From Candidatus Falkowbacteria bacterium RIFOXYD12_FULL_34_57 (GTDB taxonomy: Bacteria; Patescibacteriota; Patescibacteriia; Patescibacteriales; UBA12075): a stretch of DNA of 64,000 nt. This document shows positions 46,787 through 55,824 of the stretch, in pieces. A model generated the notes under the pieces. That model searched no databases, had not been told where the DNA came from, and saw nothing but the letters and a program-made list of their open reading frames with translations. Within the stretch, counting starts at the first letter, position 1. Each line of letters begins with the position of its first letter. Both the position numbers and the translations under genes were made by a program. The stretch covers positions 138,200 through 202,199 of the forward strand of contig MFGN01000005.1 in NCBI GenBank assembly GCA_001780285.1. Direction: 5' to 3'.

Positions 46787-47557
46787 ATGAAATTTAAATT
46801 TTTTAAAAAAATAAAATTTCCCACCATTATCCTTGTTAGCTCAGCCTTGATAATTTTTTTAAGTTTGAGCATGATATATCTTTTTGGAAAAATAGGGGCA
46901 GATTATATTCAGATTAATAAATATAAGAGCGATAGCAATGATGAATTACTAGGTAACGAAGAACAGTATTATTTCAAAAAAGCAGAAAAAATTATAGATC
47001 CTTTTATAACCAGAAATCCCGATTTTGACAGATTGCTCGCAGGTCCCATTATTGGAAACAATGATCCGACTATGGGGGATAGGGAGGCAAGAGTGACTAT
47101 TGTTTTTTATTCTGATTTTGATTGCAGTTATTGTCAAATCCAGGAACAAATTTTAAAAAAAATACTTCAAAAATATGAGTATCAAGTTAGGTTGATTTGG
47201 AAAGACTACCCCAAGAACGATAAAGATTCCAGGTCATATAAATCTGCTATTGCTGCCAGATGCGCGCAAGCTCAAAACTCTTTCTGGCCCTATCATGATT
47301 TTCTATATGAATTTAGCGACCGTTTGAATACCGATACATATTTGGAAATTGCAGAAATTTTAAATTTAGATAAAGATAAATTTACCAAATGCTTAGATGG
47401 CGAAGAATCACAAAAACTTATAAATAAAAACATGGAAGAAGCGGATTTGTTGGACATTGCCGGAATCCCCTTTATGTATATCAACACCCAAGAAATAATG
47501 GGACAAATTGATTTTGAAACCTTAGACCAAATGATTACCCACGAACTAAGCAAGTAG
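46787..47557 (+). CDS. DsbA-family thiol:disulfide oxidoreductase, membrane-anchored
   Basis: N-terminal TM and a thioredoxin-fold CxxC (FYSDFDCSYCQ). A DsbA-like helical insertion and a C-terminal GIPFMYIN (cis-Pro loop region). Confidence 0.8.
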   Translation: MKFKFFKKIKFPTIILVSSALIIFLSLSMIYLFGKIGADYIQINKYKSDSNDELLGNEEQYYFKKAEKIIDPFITRNPDFDRLLAGPIIGNNDPTMGDREARVTIVFYSDFDCSYCQIQEQILKKILQKYEYQVRLIWKDYPKNDKDSRSYKSAIAARCAQAQNSFWPYHDFLYEFSDRLNTDTYLEIAEILNLDKDKFTKCLDGEESQKLINKNMEEADLLDIAGIPFMYINTQEIMGQIDFETLDQMITHELSK

Positions 47558-47651
47558 ATTGTTTAGCATATTAGCATGTCAACATTTGGGCATTTTTGCT
47601 TAAATGTTTTTTTATTTAGATATTCTATTTAGATATTTGATAGATATTTGA

Positions 47652-47681
47652 ATGTTTATGTTTATATGTTAAAATATTAAT
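47652..47681 (+). promoter_or_regulatory. ATGTTAAA octamer array with extended -10-like TGTTAAAAT; predicted leaderless start of radA
   Basis: Units atgttt|atgtttat|atgttaaa|atattaat|ATG. TGTTAAAAT (47667-47675), 6 nt, ATG 47682. No SD. Confidence 0.4.
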
Positions 47682-49043
47682 ATGAAGAAAATACAAACAA
47701 TTTATTCTTGTAGTAATTGTGGCGCGCAGTTTTTCAAGTGGAACGGCCGTTGTTTGGAGTGTGGCGGATGGGGGACCCTGAAAGAAGATGTACAAGATGA
47801 GAGAAAAAGAGAAGATAAAAATATCAAGCCCAGCGATTTGGTTAGCTTGGCTGATATTAGTAATAATTTTACTGAGAGCACAGAAGAAAGAATGAAAACA
47901 AATATATCGGAAATTGATCGTGTTTTTGGCGGTGGAATAATTCCCGGATCAATGATCCTCTTATCAGGAGAGCCGGGTATAGGAAAATCTACAATACTTG
48001 CTCAAATTACCGATTTAATTGCACAAAATTATAAAAGTGATACAGGCGTGATATATTGCAGCGGTGAAGAATCAGCCGCGCAGGTTGGAAATAGAATGAA
48101 GCGGCTGGGTTGTATGGGCAAAGGAGTTTTTTTTGTGAACGAGACTAATGCGGAAAAAATAATTTCTACTATTAAAAAACACATCCCCGGAATGGTTATT
48201 ATGGATTCTATCCAGACTATGTATTCTTTGGAGGTGGCGGGCGAACCGGGGGGGATAAATCAAATCAGGGCCTGTACTATGAAATTTCTGGAAGTAGCCA
48301 AGAAAAATGATATCACTATTGTTTTAGTGGGTCATATTACAAAAGACGGAACCGTGGCCGGTCCGAAATTAATGGAACATATGGTAGATGTGGTGGCGTT
48401 GCTGGAAAGCGAGAAATCGCATGATTTTCGCATACTCAGGACCACTAAAAATCGTTTCGGCTCTATCAATGAGGTGGGAATATTTGAGATGACCGGGACA
48501 GGATTTAGGGAAATAAAAAATCCTTCCCAGATTTTTTTAGAGTCAAAGAATAATAATATTTCCGGCTCCGCTGTTTCTTGTATTATGGAAGGTGCCCGGC
48601 CATTTTTAGTGGAAGTTCAGGCTTTGGTTACCAAGACTATATTTGGTTATCCACAAAGAAAAGCCTCCGGTTTTGATTTGAACAGGCTTCAGGTTTTGAC
48701 TGCTGTACTCACTAAGAGAGCGGGGATAAATTTATCTAATCAGGATGTAATACTGAATGTGGTTGGCGGATTAAAAATAAATGATCCCGGACTTGATCTG
48801 GCGGTTTGCATGGCGGTTGCTTCATCTTTTTTCAATAAGCCGATAAAACATAAAACTGTTATTATTGGAGAGGTGGGACTCGGTGGAGAAATTCGTAATA
48901 CTGGTAAAGTAGCGGAAAAGTTAAAAGAAGCCGTAAAGCTCGGTTTTGAAACAGCTATTATTCCGGATATTAAGTTAAACTCAAAAAATATTAATTTAAA
49001 TAATAATAAAAATTTAAGCGATGCGATAAATTTTATTAAGTAA
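47682..49043 (+). CDS. radA: DNA repair protein RadA/Sms
   Basis: N-terminal zinc ribbon CSNCGAQFFKWNGRCLECGGW, Walker A GEPGIGKST, a KNRFG motif, and a Lon-like C-terminal domain. Confidence 0.95.
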   Translation: MKKIQTIYSCSNCGAQFFKWNGRCLECGGWGTLKEDVQDERKREDKNIKPSDLVSLADISNNFTESTEERMKTNISEIDRVFGGGIIPGSMILLSGEPGIGKSTILAQITDLIAQNYKSDTGVIYCSGEESAAQVGNRMKRLGCMGKGVFFVNETNAEKIISTIKKHIPGMVIMDSIQTMYSLEVAGEPGGINQIRACTMKFLEVAKKNDITIVLVGHITKDGTVAGPKLMEHMVDVVALLESEKSHDFRILRTTKNRFGSINEVGIFEMTGTGFREIKNPSQIFLESKNNNISGSAVSCIMEGARPFLVEVQALVTKTIFGYPQRKASGFDLNRLQVLTAVLTKRAGINLSNQDVILNVVGGLKINDPGLDLAVCMAVASSFFNKPIKHKTVIIGEVGLGGEIRNTGKVAEKLKEAVKLGFETAIIPDIKLNSKNINLNNNKNLSDAINFIK

Positions 49044-49103
49044 AGCCTATCGATAAGTTTAAATTTAAAAGTTTTTAAAGTTTATAAAGTCATTTAATAG
49101 TTT

Positions 49104-49634
49104 ATGCTTCCGCAATCATTTTATAATCAAAAAACATTAAAAGTAGCTCAAGATCTCTTGGGTTGTTTTTTAATACGAAAGATTGGTAATAAAACTATTA
49201 GAGCTAAAATTATTGAGACAGAAGGGTATAACGGTCCTCGCGATAAAGCTAGCCATGCCAGCAGGGGAATGACAGAAAGGAACAAGGTAATGTTTGCTTC
49301 ACCGGGAACCATTTATGTTTATTTTACATATGGAATGCATAATATGTTCAATATCGTTACCGAAAGCCAGGGTTATCCGGCTGCGGTTTTAATTCGTGGG
49401 GTTGAGGTCGTTGGAAAGGATAGAAAATTGACCAATGGTCCGGCTAAAATGACCAAATTTTTAAATATCAACAAATCGTTTAATGAGAAAAAAATATTTG
49501 AAAGGAAGAACGGATTGTGGATTGAGGAACGTGAAGAAAAAATTAAATCCACACAAATAAAAAAGACTCCCAGGATAGGAATCGATTATGCAGAGGAGTA
49601 CAAGGATAAATTGTGGAGGTATTTAATCACTTAA
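49104..49634 (+). CDS. mpg: DNA-3-methyladenine glycosylase (Mpg/AAG family)
   Basis: FY...TL.VAQDLLGC, IIETEGY.GP.DKASHA, G.TERN..MF, GTIYVYFTYGMH..N motifs. Confidence 0.9.
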   Translation: MLPQSFYNQKTLKVAQDLLGCFLIRKIGNKTIRAKIIETEGYNGPRDKASHASRGMTERNKVMFASPGTIYVYFTYGMHNMFNIVTESQGYPAAVLIRGVEVVGKDRKLTNGPAKMTKFLNINKSFNEKKIFERKNGLWIEEREEKIKSTQIKKTPRIGIDYAEEYKDKLWRYLIT

Positions 49635-49693
49635 ACATTGAAGCACAGAAACACTCAATCACTCCATTGATTTTTTTATTTAAAAAAGGAAGG

Positions 49694-49722
49694 GGCCGAG
49701 AATTTGCATTCTCGGCCTTTTT
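49694..49722. terminator. rho-independent terminator between convergent genes
   Basis: 10-bp stem ggccgagaat/attctcggcc, loop ttgc, T5. Confidence 0.75.
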
Positions 49723-49762
49723 GAGGGGGGCGGGGGTGAGTTGCTGAGTAGCTCTCGGTTGG

Positions 49763-49942
49763 TTAATTGTAAGTCGGAGGTATAAGTTTTTTTGTGTAGC
49801 ATCGGCTGCACTCGTATCTTTCATTCTCTTTGTTGAGGTTCATAGTGTGGCCGCAGTGGCGGCAGATGCATGTATCGGTATTGGTTGGCAGGTGTGTTGA
49901 TGTTGATGAAAGGGAAGTTGGGGAAGTTGTTGTGGTTAGCAT
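49763..49942 (-). CDS. 59-aa zinc-ribbon protein (not in ORF track)
   Basis: Minus-strand ATG at 49942 preceded by AAGGAGG. Translation MLTTTTSPTSLSSTSTHLPTNTDTCICRHCGHTMNLNKENERYECSRCYTKKLIPPTYN contains CxCxxC...CxxC. Ends before the terminator. Confidence 0.5.
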   Translation of the reverse strand: MLTTTTSPTSLSSTSTHLPTNTDTCICRHCGHTMNLNKENERYECSRCYTKKLIPPTYN

Positions 49943-50064
49943 TTAAAGCCTCCTTATATTATGGTTTTTTAAAACTTATATTTGTTTTTATATTATTATT
50001 AAAAATTTATTTTGTCAATGTTATTTTATGTTATTTAACATAATAACATATTTTTATAAATTTG

Positions 50065-50625
50065 TCAATTATATTTTCTTATGCTAATATCAGCTAAAAA
50101 TTGTTCTTTTTTTTCTTCGAATTTTTTAATAATTTGTTTAGCAGCTTCTTCTGTGGTTTTTCTAAATAATTGTGGATTATTTTTCATATTGATTCCTTCT
50201 TCGGGAACATGAATGATAACATCAGCTTTGTGTTCGATTTTTGTAGGATTCATAGTGATATCCAGAGTAATCCTGTGTACTTTGCCATTGTCGTTAATTT
50301 CCATAAAAGCATCAATTCCATGTTTTTTATCCAAAGTGCTGCCGCAAGCTGTATAAAATTTTATATTTTCCGTACCGTCTAATTCATCCGGGTGTAGGAG
50401 ATAATCTACGGTATCTGTCAGTCCTTCTGCAAACTGAGGAAGTTTTGTTGGTTGATTTTCTTTGACTTGCGCTATTGCCAGATGATATGGTAGATGTTCC
50501 TGATGTTTTTCAGTGCATTCTCCGATTAGTTTGCCTTCGCATATTTTGCCTTCGCTGGGTTTTTCTTGGCGTTCGCTTATTTTTTGTTGATGAAATTTTC
50601 GCATAGCTACTTCTGGGCTTCTCAT
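50065..50625 (-). CDS. hypothetical protein (186 aa)
   Basis: ORF only, immediately downstream of recG on the same strand. No motif recognised. Confidence 0.55.
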   Translation of the reverse strand: MRSPEVAMRKFHQQKISERQEKPSEGKICEGKLIGECTEKHQEHLPYHLAIAQVKENQPTKLPQFAEGLTDTVDYLLHPDELDGTENIKFYTACGSTLDKKHGIDAFMEINDNGKVHRITLDITMNPTKIEHKADVIIHVPEEGINMKNNPQLFRKTTEEAAKQIIKKFEEKKEQFLADISIRKYN

Positions 50626-50656
50626 ATTTTTATGTTTAATAATTTAATATTTAAAA

Positions 50657-52720
50657 TTATTCGAAATGTGCTTCTTCCTGGAATTTTTTTATTTTTTCCT
50701 GCAAGAATGGATATTTGTCCAGTTTATCAATAATAGTTTTAACTTCAGTATCCACGGTTTCAATTAGGGGATAGTCAAATATTGAGGCGATTTGCAATTC
50801 TGGAAAACCTGTTTGAGCTATTCCGTATATTTCTCCCGGACCGCGGAATTTCAGGTCAATCTTAGCCAGATCGAATCCGCTATTATATTTTACCATAGAA
50901 TGGAGCCTGTCTAAAGTTTTTTGGCCGTTATTGTCTGATGACAGGAAACAGTAAGACTGTATATTGCTTCTGCCGACACGACCCCTGAATTGATGCAATT
51001 GCGCCAGGCCGAAGCGGTCTGCACCTTCGATCAACATGATGGTGGCATTGGGCATATCCACGCCGACTTCAATCACCGAAGTGGAAACCAGGATATTGGT
51101 TTTGTTTTGCAGGAATTTTTCCATGATTTCATTTTTTTCTTCAGCTTTTAATTTGCCGTGCAGCATGTTTATCTTTAAATCGGGAAAAATATTTTTATCC
51201 AGTTTTTCATATTCTTCCTTTACGGATTTCACCCCGAGATTGTCGGAAATATCTATCAGCGGACATATCACAAAAGCCTGCCTGCCTGCTTTTATCTCTT
51301 TTTTTATGAATTCATAGGCCTGAGCGCGGTTAGTTTCTGTGATGATGCTGGTAATTATCGGTTTTCTGCCTTTGGGCATTTCATTGATCACGGATACGGA
51401 CAGATCTCCGAACAGTGCAAGCGCCAGGCTGCGGGGGATGGGAGTGGCAGTCATGGATAAAAGGTGGGGGGTGGTCTTGTTATTTCCTGATTTTTCAGTA
51501 ATAGTTTTTCTTTGAGCGACGCCGAAGCGGTGCTGTTCATCAACGATTGTTAATGCCAGGTTTTTGAATTTTATTTTTTCCTGTATCAGGGCATGCGTGC
51601 CGATGATGATTTGCGCCCCTTCGGCTATTTTTCGGGGGATATCCTTCTTTTTCTCACTTTTAATATCAAAATTAGCCATTTTGGCTGTTCTGGAAATTAA
51701 TCCTATTTTCAAATTGAAATTTTTTAATATTTTACAAACTGAATTAAAGTGCTGTCCGGCAAGTATTTCAGTCGGCACCATCAATACGGATTGTTTTTTA
51801 TTCAGAGCCGTATTCAGCATGGCGATTACCGCAACTATTGTTTTGCCGCTGCCGACATCTCCCTGCAGGAGGCGGGACATGGATTTTTCTTTTTCCATAT
51901 CCTGTAAAACCTGCCATGACGCTTTTTTTTGGTCGTCTGTAAGTTGAAAGGGGAGATTTTTTACGAATTCTTGAGTTTCTTTTTCTTTGAATTTTATTGA
52001 TTCTGCTGTTTTTCCAGCAATATCATTTTTTATTATTTGAGACCTGAGTTGTATCAGAAAAAGTTCGTTGAAAGCCAGTCTTTTTTTAGCTTGTTCTGTG
52101 TCGGAAAAATTTTTAGGAAAATGAATATTCCAGATAGCCTCTTTCAAACTTAATAACCCCTGTCTTCTTATAGTTTCTTTTGGCAGCCAGTCCGTGAGCA
52201 GGGAAGAGAGATGTATTATTTGTTTAATTAAAAAACGGATTTGCTTTTGGGTGATATTGGCGGTCAAATGGTACATCGGAATCAACCCTTGAGTGTGCAG
52301 AGATTGATTATTGGTTATTTTTTCATAGTTAGGAGATTTCATAATAATGCCGGTGTAATCTTGCTCAACTTTTCCCGATAAGGAAACCATATCTCCCGGT
52401 TTTAAATTTTTGCTAATAAAGGGCTGATTGAACCAGATTATTTTCATTTGATCAGTTTGGTCGCTGATAATGGCCTCGGTGATGCTTATACGTTTTCTGG
52501 GACTTTTTTTGTTATGAATTAGTTCTATTGCGCCCACGATATTAACATTGGTACCTGTTTGCAGTTCAGATATTTTAGCTTGCCGGCTATAATCTTCATA
52601 TCTGAAAGGAAAATAAAAAAGCAGGTCCTCTATTGTTTCAAGGCCAATTTTTTTCAGGCGACTAGCAATACTTTTACCTACTCCATGAATATTGCGAAGC
52701 TGAGAATTTAAATCAAGCAT
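50657..52720 (-). CDS. recG: ATP-dependent DNA helicase RecG
   Basis: Wedge/OB N-domain, helicase motifs GDVGSGKT, DEQHRFG, SATPIPR-like MTATPIPRS, and QLHQFRGRVGR. Confidence 0.95.
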   Translation of the reverse strand: MLDLNSQLRNIHGVGKSIASRLKKIGLETIEDLLFYFPFRYEDYSRQAKISELQTGTNVNIVGAIELIHNKKSPRKRISITEAIISDQTDQMKIIWFNQPFISKNLKPGDMVSLSGKVEQDYTGIIMKSPNYEKITNNQSLHTQGLIPMYHLTANITQKQIRFLIKQIIHLSSLLTDWLPKETIRRQGLLSLKEAIWNIHFPKNFSDTEQAKKRLAFNELFLIQLRSQIIKNDIAGKTAESIKFKEKETQEFVKNLPFQLTDDQKKASWQVLQDMEKEKSMSRLLQGDVGSGKTIVAVIAMLNTALNKKQSVLMVPTEILAGQHFNSVCKILKNFNLKIGLISRTAKMANFDIKSEKKKDIPRKIAEGAQIIIGTHALIQEKIKFKNLALTIVDEQHRFGVAQRKTITEKSGNNKTTPHLLSMTATPIPRSLALALFGDLSVSVINEMPKGRKPIITSIITETNRAQAYEFIKKEIKAGRQAFVICPLIDISDNLGVKSVKEEYEKLDKNIFPDLKINMLHGKLKAEEKNEIMEKFLQNKTNILVSTSVIEVGVDMPNATIMLIEGADRFGLAQLHQFRGRVGRSNIQSYCFLSSDNNGQKTLDRLHSMVKYNSGFDLAKIDLKFRGPGEIYGIAQTGFPELQIASIFDYPLIETVDTEVKTIIDKLDKYPFLQEKIKKFQEEAHFE

Positions 52721-52876
52721 ATTATTAATTATAAAAAATTATCCCAATAAAAGCAAAAAAATAAATATAAACAAACAGGAGACAAAGACCAAAAAACAAT
52801 TTTTTCTTGAGTATTTCTTGAGTATTGCTTGTAAATATGCTATTATTAAATATAATAATAAATAATATATAATTTT

Positions 52877-53200
52877 ATGACACAACATTTTACAGATGAA
52901 AATTTTTCAAAAGAAGTTTTAGAAGCCTCTAATACCAAGCCGGTTTTGGTGGATTTTTTTGCTGTGTGGTGCGGTCCGTGCAAAATGCAGGCTCCGATTA
53001 TTGATGAAGTGGCAGAATCTATGGGAGAAAAGGCTATAATTGGCAAAGTTGATACAGAAGAATCCCCAAAAATCGCTCAAGAACTCGGAGTAATAAGCAT
53101 CCCCACCTTGATTCTTTTTAAGGGTGGAAGGGCGGTAGAGACTATGGTTGGCATGCAGCCAAAAGAAACATTGGAAGCTACTATTAATAAATATTTGTAG
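52877..53200 (+). CDS. trxA: thioredoxin
   Basis: WCGPCK active site; 107 aa. Confidence 0.95.
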   Translation: MTQHFTDENFSKEVLEASNTKPVLVDFFAVWCGPCKMQAPIIDEVAESMGEKAIIGKVDTEESPKIAQELGVISIPTLILFKGGRAVETMVGMQPKETLEATINKYL

Positions 53201-53335
53201 TCTTACCCCTATAACTATTGACTTCTGTATTGGTTTTTGCATTATTTTGCGGTATAATACCAATATAAGTGGAAAAACGTGGAAAAATTATTTTCTTTTA
53301 AAAAATAATAATTAATTTATTAATTAAAAAAAATT

Positions 53336-53617
53336 ATGGCAAAAATGACAAAATCTCAATTGCTAAACATTTTAGCTGAGAAAACAGGTCTTAGCAAAAA
53401 GGATGTGGGAGGTTTCTTCGATGAATTAACCAACCTAGCCTATGGCGAAGTAAAAAAACACGGAGAATTCGTATTACCAGGCTTTGGTAAATTGGTAAAA
53501 GCTCACAGAAAAGAAAGAATGGGAAGAAATCCGGCTACAGGGGAAGAAATCAAAATTCCTGCAAAAACAGTTGTAAAATTCAGATTAGCAAAAGCTGTAA
53601 AAGATGCAGTTCTATAA
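53336..53617 (+). CDS. hup: HU-family DNA-binding protein
   Basis: GFGKL..., RMGRNPATGEEIKIPAKTVVKF arm motif; 93 aa. Confidence 0.92.
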   Translation: MAKMTKSQLLNILAEKTGLSKKDVGGFFDELTNLAYGEVKKHGEFVLPGFGKLVKAHRKERMGRNPATGEEIKIPAKTVVKFRLAKAVKDAVL

Positions 53618-53635
53618 CTTGTAAAAAGTTACATA

Positions 53636-53675
53636 AAACAAAAACGGCCCCTTCTAGAAGGCTGTTTTTGTTTTG
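53636..53675 (+). terminator. rho-independent terminator
   Basis: Long stem acaaaaacggcccttc...gaagggctgtttttgt followed by a T-rich tail. Confidence 0.7.
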
Positions 53676-53830
53676 TGTTCGTATAGGAATTTCCCCCCTA
53701 ACCCCATATCTGTTATATGGCTTCATCTTGTGGGGGATCTCCCGAAGGGGGATTATTTTTTACTATTTATAAAGGGTAAAAGTGTTTAATATTTAGATAT
53801 TCCATTATTTATTCACCACGCCGTGGATTA

Positions 53831-53864
53831 AAAAATCCTCAGGTATTTACCTGAGGATTTTTTT
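53831..53864. terminator. rho-independent terminator of the AOR gene (palindromic, A/T-run flanked)
   Basis: aaaaatcctcaggta-ttt-acctgaggattttt ending 5 nt from the minus-strand stop at 53869-53871. Confidence 0.75.
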
Positions 53865-53868
53865 GGTT

Positions 53869-55641
53869 TTAAATATTAAATCCTTTTTTTATAAGTCGTT
53901 CTTTTTCTGCTGCCATAGCTTTGTAAACTGCTTCTTTCATAGCATGAAAAAATTCAGTTGTGTTGAAGTGGGGGATGATAGCATCTTTTCCCCAAAGATC
54001 TTCAAAACAGCGACCAGGAAGATCGTCATCTTCTTCCCTGAATCCGAGGCGTTCATCGATATCTCTCATTATGAAATATACGGCAAGCGCTGAATCCAAA
54101 AGATCCCTGGGCTTGATATTTTCGTCGTACACCCAATTATAGATAGCGGCGATTTGTTCCAATTTGGCTTTAGCAAATTTACAAAGACAGATCATGTCAT
54201 AGAGAAGGATTTTTGGTCCCCTCATGTTGTTTCCCGCCCATTCTTCCGCGGTATCGGAGTAATCATCATTGTAAGCTGCCTTATAAGTATCATGGGAGGT
54301 GTGCGGACCGGCGATAGCAAAAGCATATCCGGGATTATAGTTTCCGAGATATGCAGCTAGTTCCAGACCTTTGACATGCATGGCATAATGCTGTCGGAAG
54401 CCGTTCTTTTTTACATATCGGAAGAGCCCTTCCGATAATTCATGCGCGCCGCTGCAGATTGCCAAAGCAAGCTTGCGGGCGAATTTGAAATTGCCTAATT
54501 TTTCCTGTCTTTCCATTTCATATCCGAGGCATACCCCCAGTGAGATGGTGTCGACACCGAAATAGTCACCGATGCGGATCAGTGTCATGCGTTGGCGCAT
54601 GTCGTAAATTCCCAGATTCGCTCCCAGTAGTTTACCAGGTTCAAAATCAATTTTGCCCAGATTCTCATTATTATTTTCTATGTCCAATACTTCTTTCCAA
54701 CAACGAATCGTGCATCCCAAGCAACCTTTATTTTTTATTTTTAGACCAATTTTTTCTAGGTCTTCCAGATAGATATCATTCTTTCCGGCGGGGGATGAAA
54801 AATTATTTTCTATACACGCTCGAAAGGCATCAAAGGTTGGTGTATTAGCAAAATATGTTCCCCAGTTACGGTATTTATCGCTGGCTGGATTGGTGCTGAT
54901 CCATTTATTTATTTCCGCGGCAATATCCTTGGGAAAAAGCTTTTTTTCTTTGTTGTTTGAGACAACAATAGCCAATAGGTTCTTAGAACCCATGACAGCA
55001 CCCAAGCCGCCACGGCCGGCATAACGCATATGATGCGTACCGTTTTTGGCTTGGTCATATGTACCGACTGCAATATTGGCGATTCGGCTCTTCTTTTCTC
55101 CTCCGGGGCCGATTACGGCGCAAGCGGAATTTGCGTGTATTTCTGTGAGTTTTTTAGATTTTTCATGAGTCATAAGACCCTGTAAACCTTCAGCATGATT
55201 AAAGGCGACTGAAATACTTCCTCCTATTCTTTTGATTAATAGATAAATCGGTTCGTCGCTTTTTCCGGTAATAACAATAGAATCAATATCCTGACTGCGC
55301 ATAGCAGGGGAAAGAAGTCCGCTCACAGCGGAAAAATATATGCCATTTGTACCATTTTTACTGGTTTTGAGGGGACTTATGGAAGTAAATATTGTTCTGG
55401 CGCCGCCGACAATATTTCTTCCCGAAAGTAGTCCGATATCCAAACAAAGCGGATTATCCGGACTTAAGGCGTTTTTGCCGATTTTCGGATGTTCCTTTAG
55501 ATATTCACGCATAAAAGGCACTGATTGGCCTATTCCGCCAAGTTTTTCCACAAAAGACAATGCTGATACCGGTATAGTTTCCAGATGCCACCTTAGGTCA
55601 TTTAAACTAATAAATAGCCTGTTTAAATAATTTTTGAACAT
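53869..55641 (-). CDS. aor: aldehyde:ferredoxin oxidoreductase family (tungstopterin) enzyme
   Basis: AOR N-domain pattern (KLGGIG..., SPLKT), the 4Fe-4S ligand motif GCLGCTIRC (CxxCxxxC) and a distal ICLCKF cysteine. 590 aa. Confidence 0.8.
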   Translation of the reverse strand: MFKNYLNRLFISLNDLRWHLETIPVSALSFVEKLGGIGQSVPFMREYLKEHPKIGKNALSPDNPLCLDIGLLSGRNIVGGARTIFTSISPLKTSKNGTNGIYFSAVSGLLSPAMRSQDIDSIVITGKSDEPIYLLIKRIGGSISVAFNHAEGLQGLMTHEKSKKLTEIHANSACAVIGPGGEKKSRIANIAVGTYDQAKNGTHHMRYAGRGGLGAVMGSKNLLAIVVSNNKEKKLFPKDIAAEINKWISTNPASDKYRNWGTYFANTPTFDAFRACIENNFSSPAGKNDIYLEDLEKIGLKIKNKGCLGCTIRCWKEVLDIENNNENLGKIDFEPGKLLGANLGIYDMRQRMTLIRIGDYFGVDTISLGVCLGYEMERQEKLGNFKFARKLALAICSGAHELSEGLFRYVKKNGFRQHYAMHVKGLELAAYLGNYNPGYAFAIAGPHTSHDTYKAAYNDDYSDTAEEWAGNNMRGPKILLYDMICLCKFAKAKLEQIAAIYNWVYDENIKPRDLLDSALAVYFIMRDIDERLGFREEDDDLPGRCFEDLWGKDAIIPHFNTTEFFHAMKEAVYKAMAAEKERLIKKGFNI

Positions 55642-55824
55642 TAATTACCTCCGTTTGTATTTTATTAAAAACAACTTTATTATTAAAGTACAAAATCTTA
55701 TAATTATAACAAATAATTATGGATATGTCAAGTTGTTTTAAAAATAAAAAATAGGCCCAGACACAGAGATGAAAATGTATAGATATAGTGCTTTAGTTGC
55801 CTACTTTTTTCTTATTTTTTAGGA

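Noticed and set aside
26041-47557. Calling the T4SS-like locus an integrative conjugative or mobile element
   Set aside because: No relaxase, coupling protein, integrase, transposase or flanking att-like repeats are visible. The locus is bracketed by housekeeping genes.
49627-49824. 65-aa minus-strand ORF from the track
   Set aside because: It overlaps the mpg stop and runs through the strong terminator hairpin at 49694-49722. A different-frame 59-aa zinc-ribbon ORF with a perfect SD (49763-49942) explains the region better.
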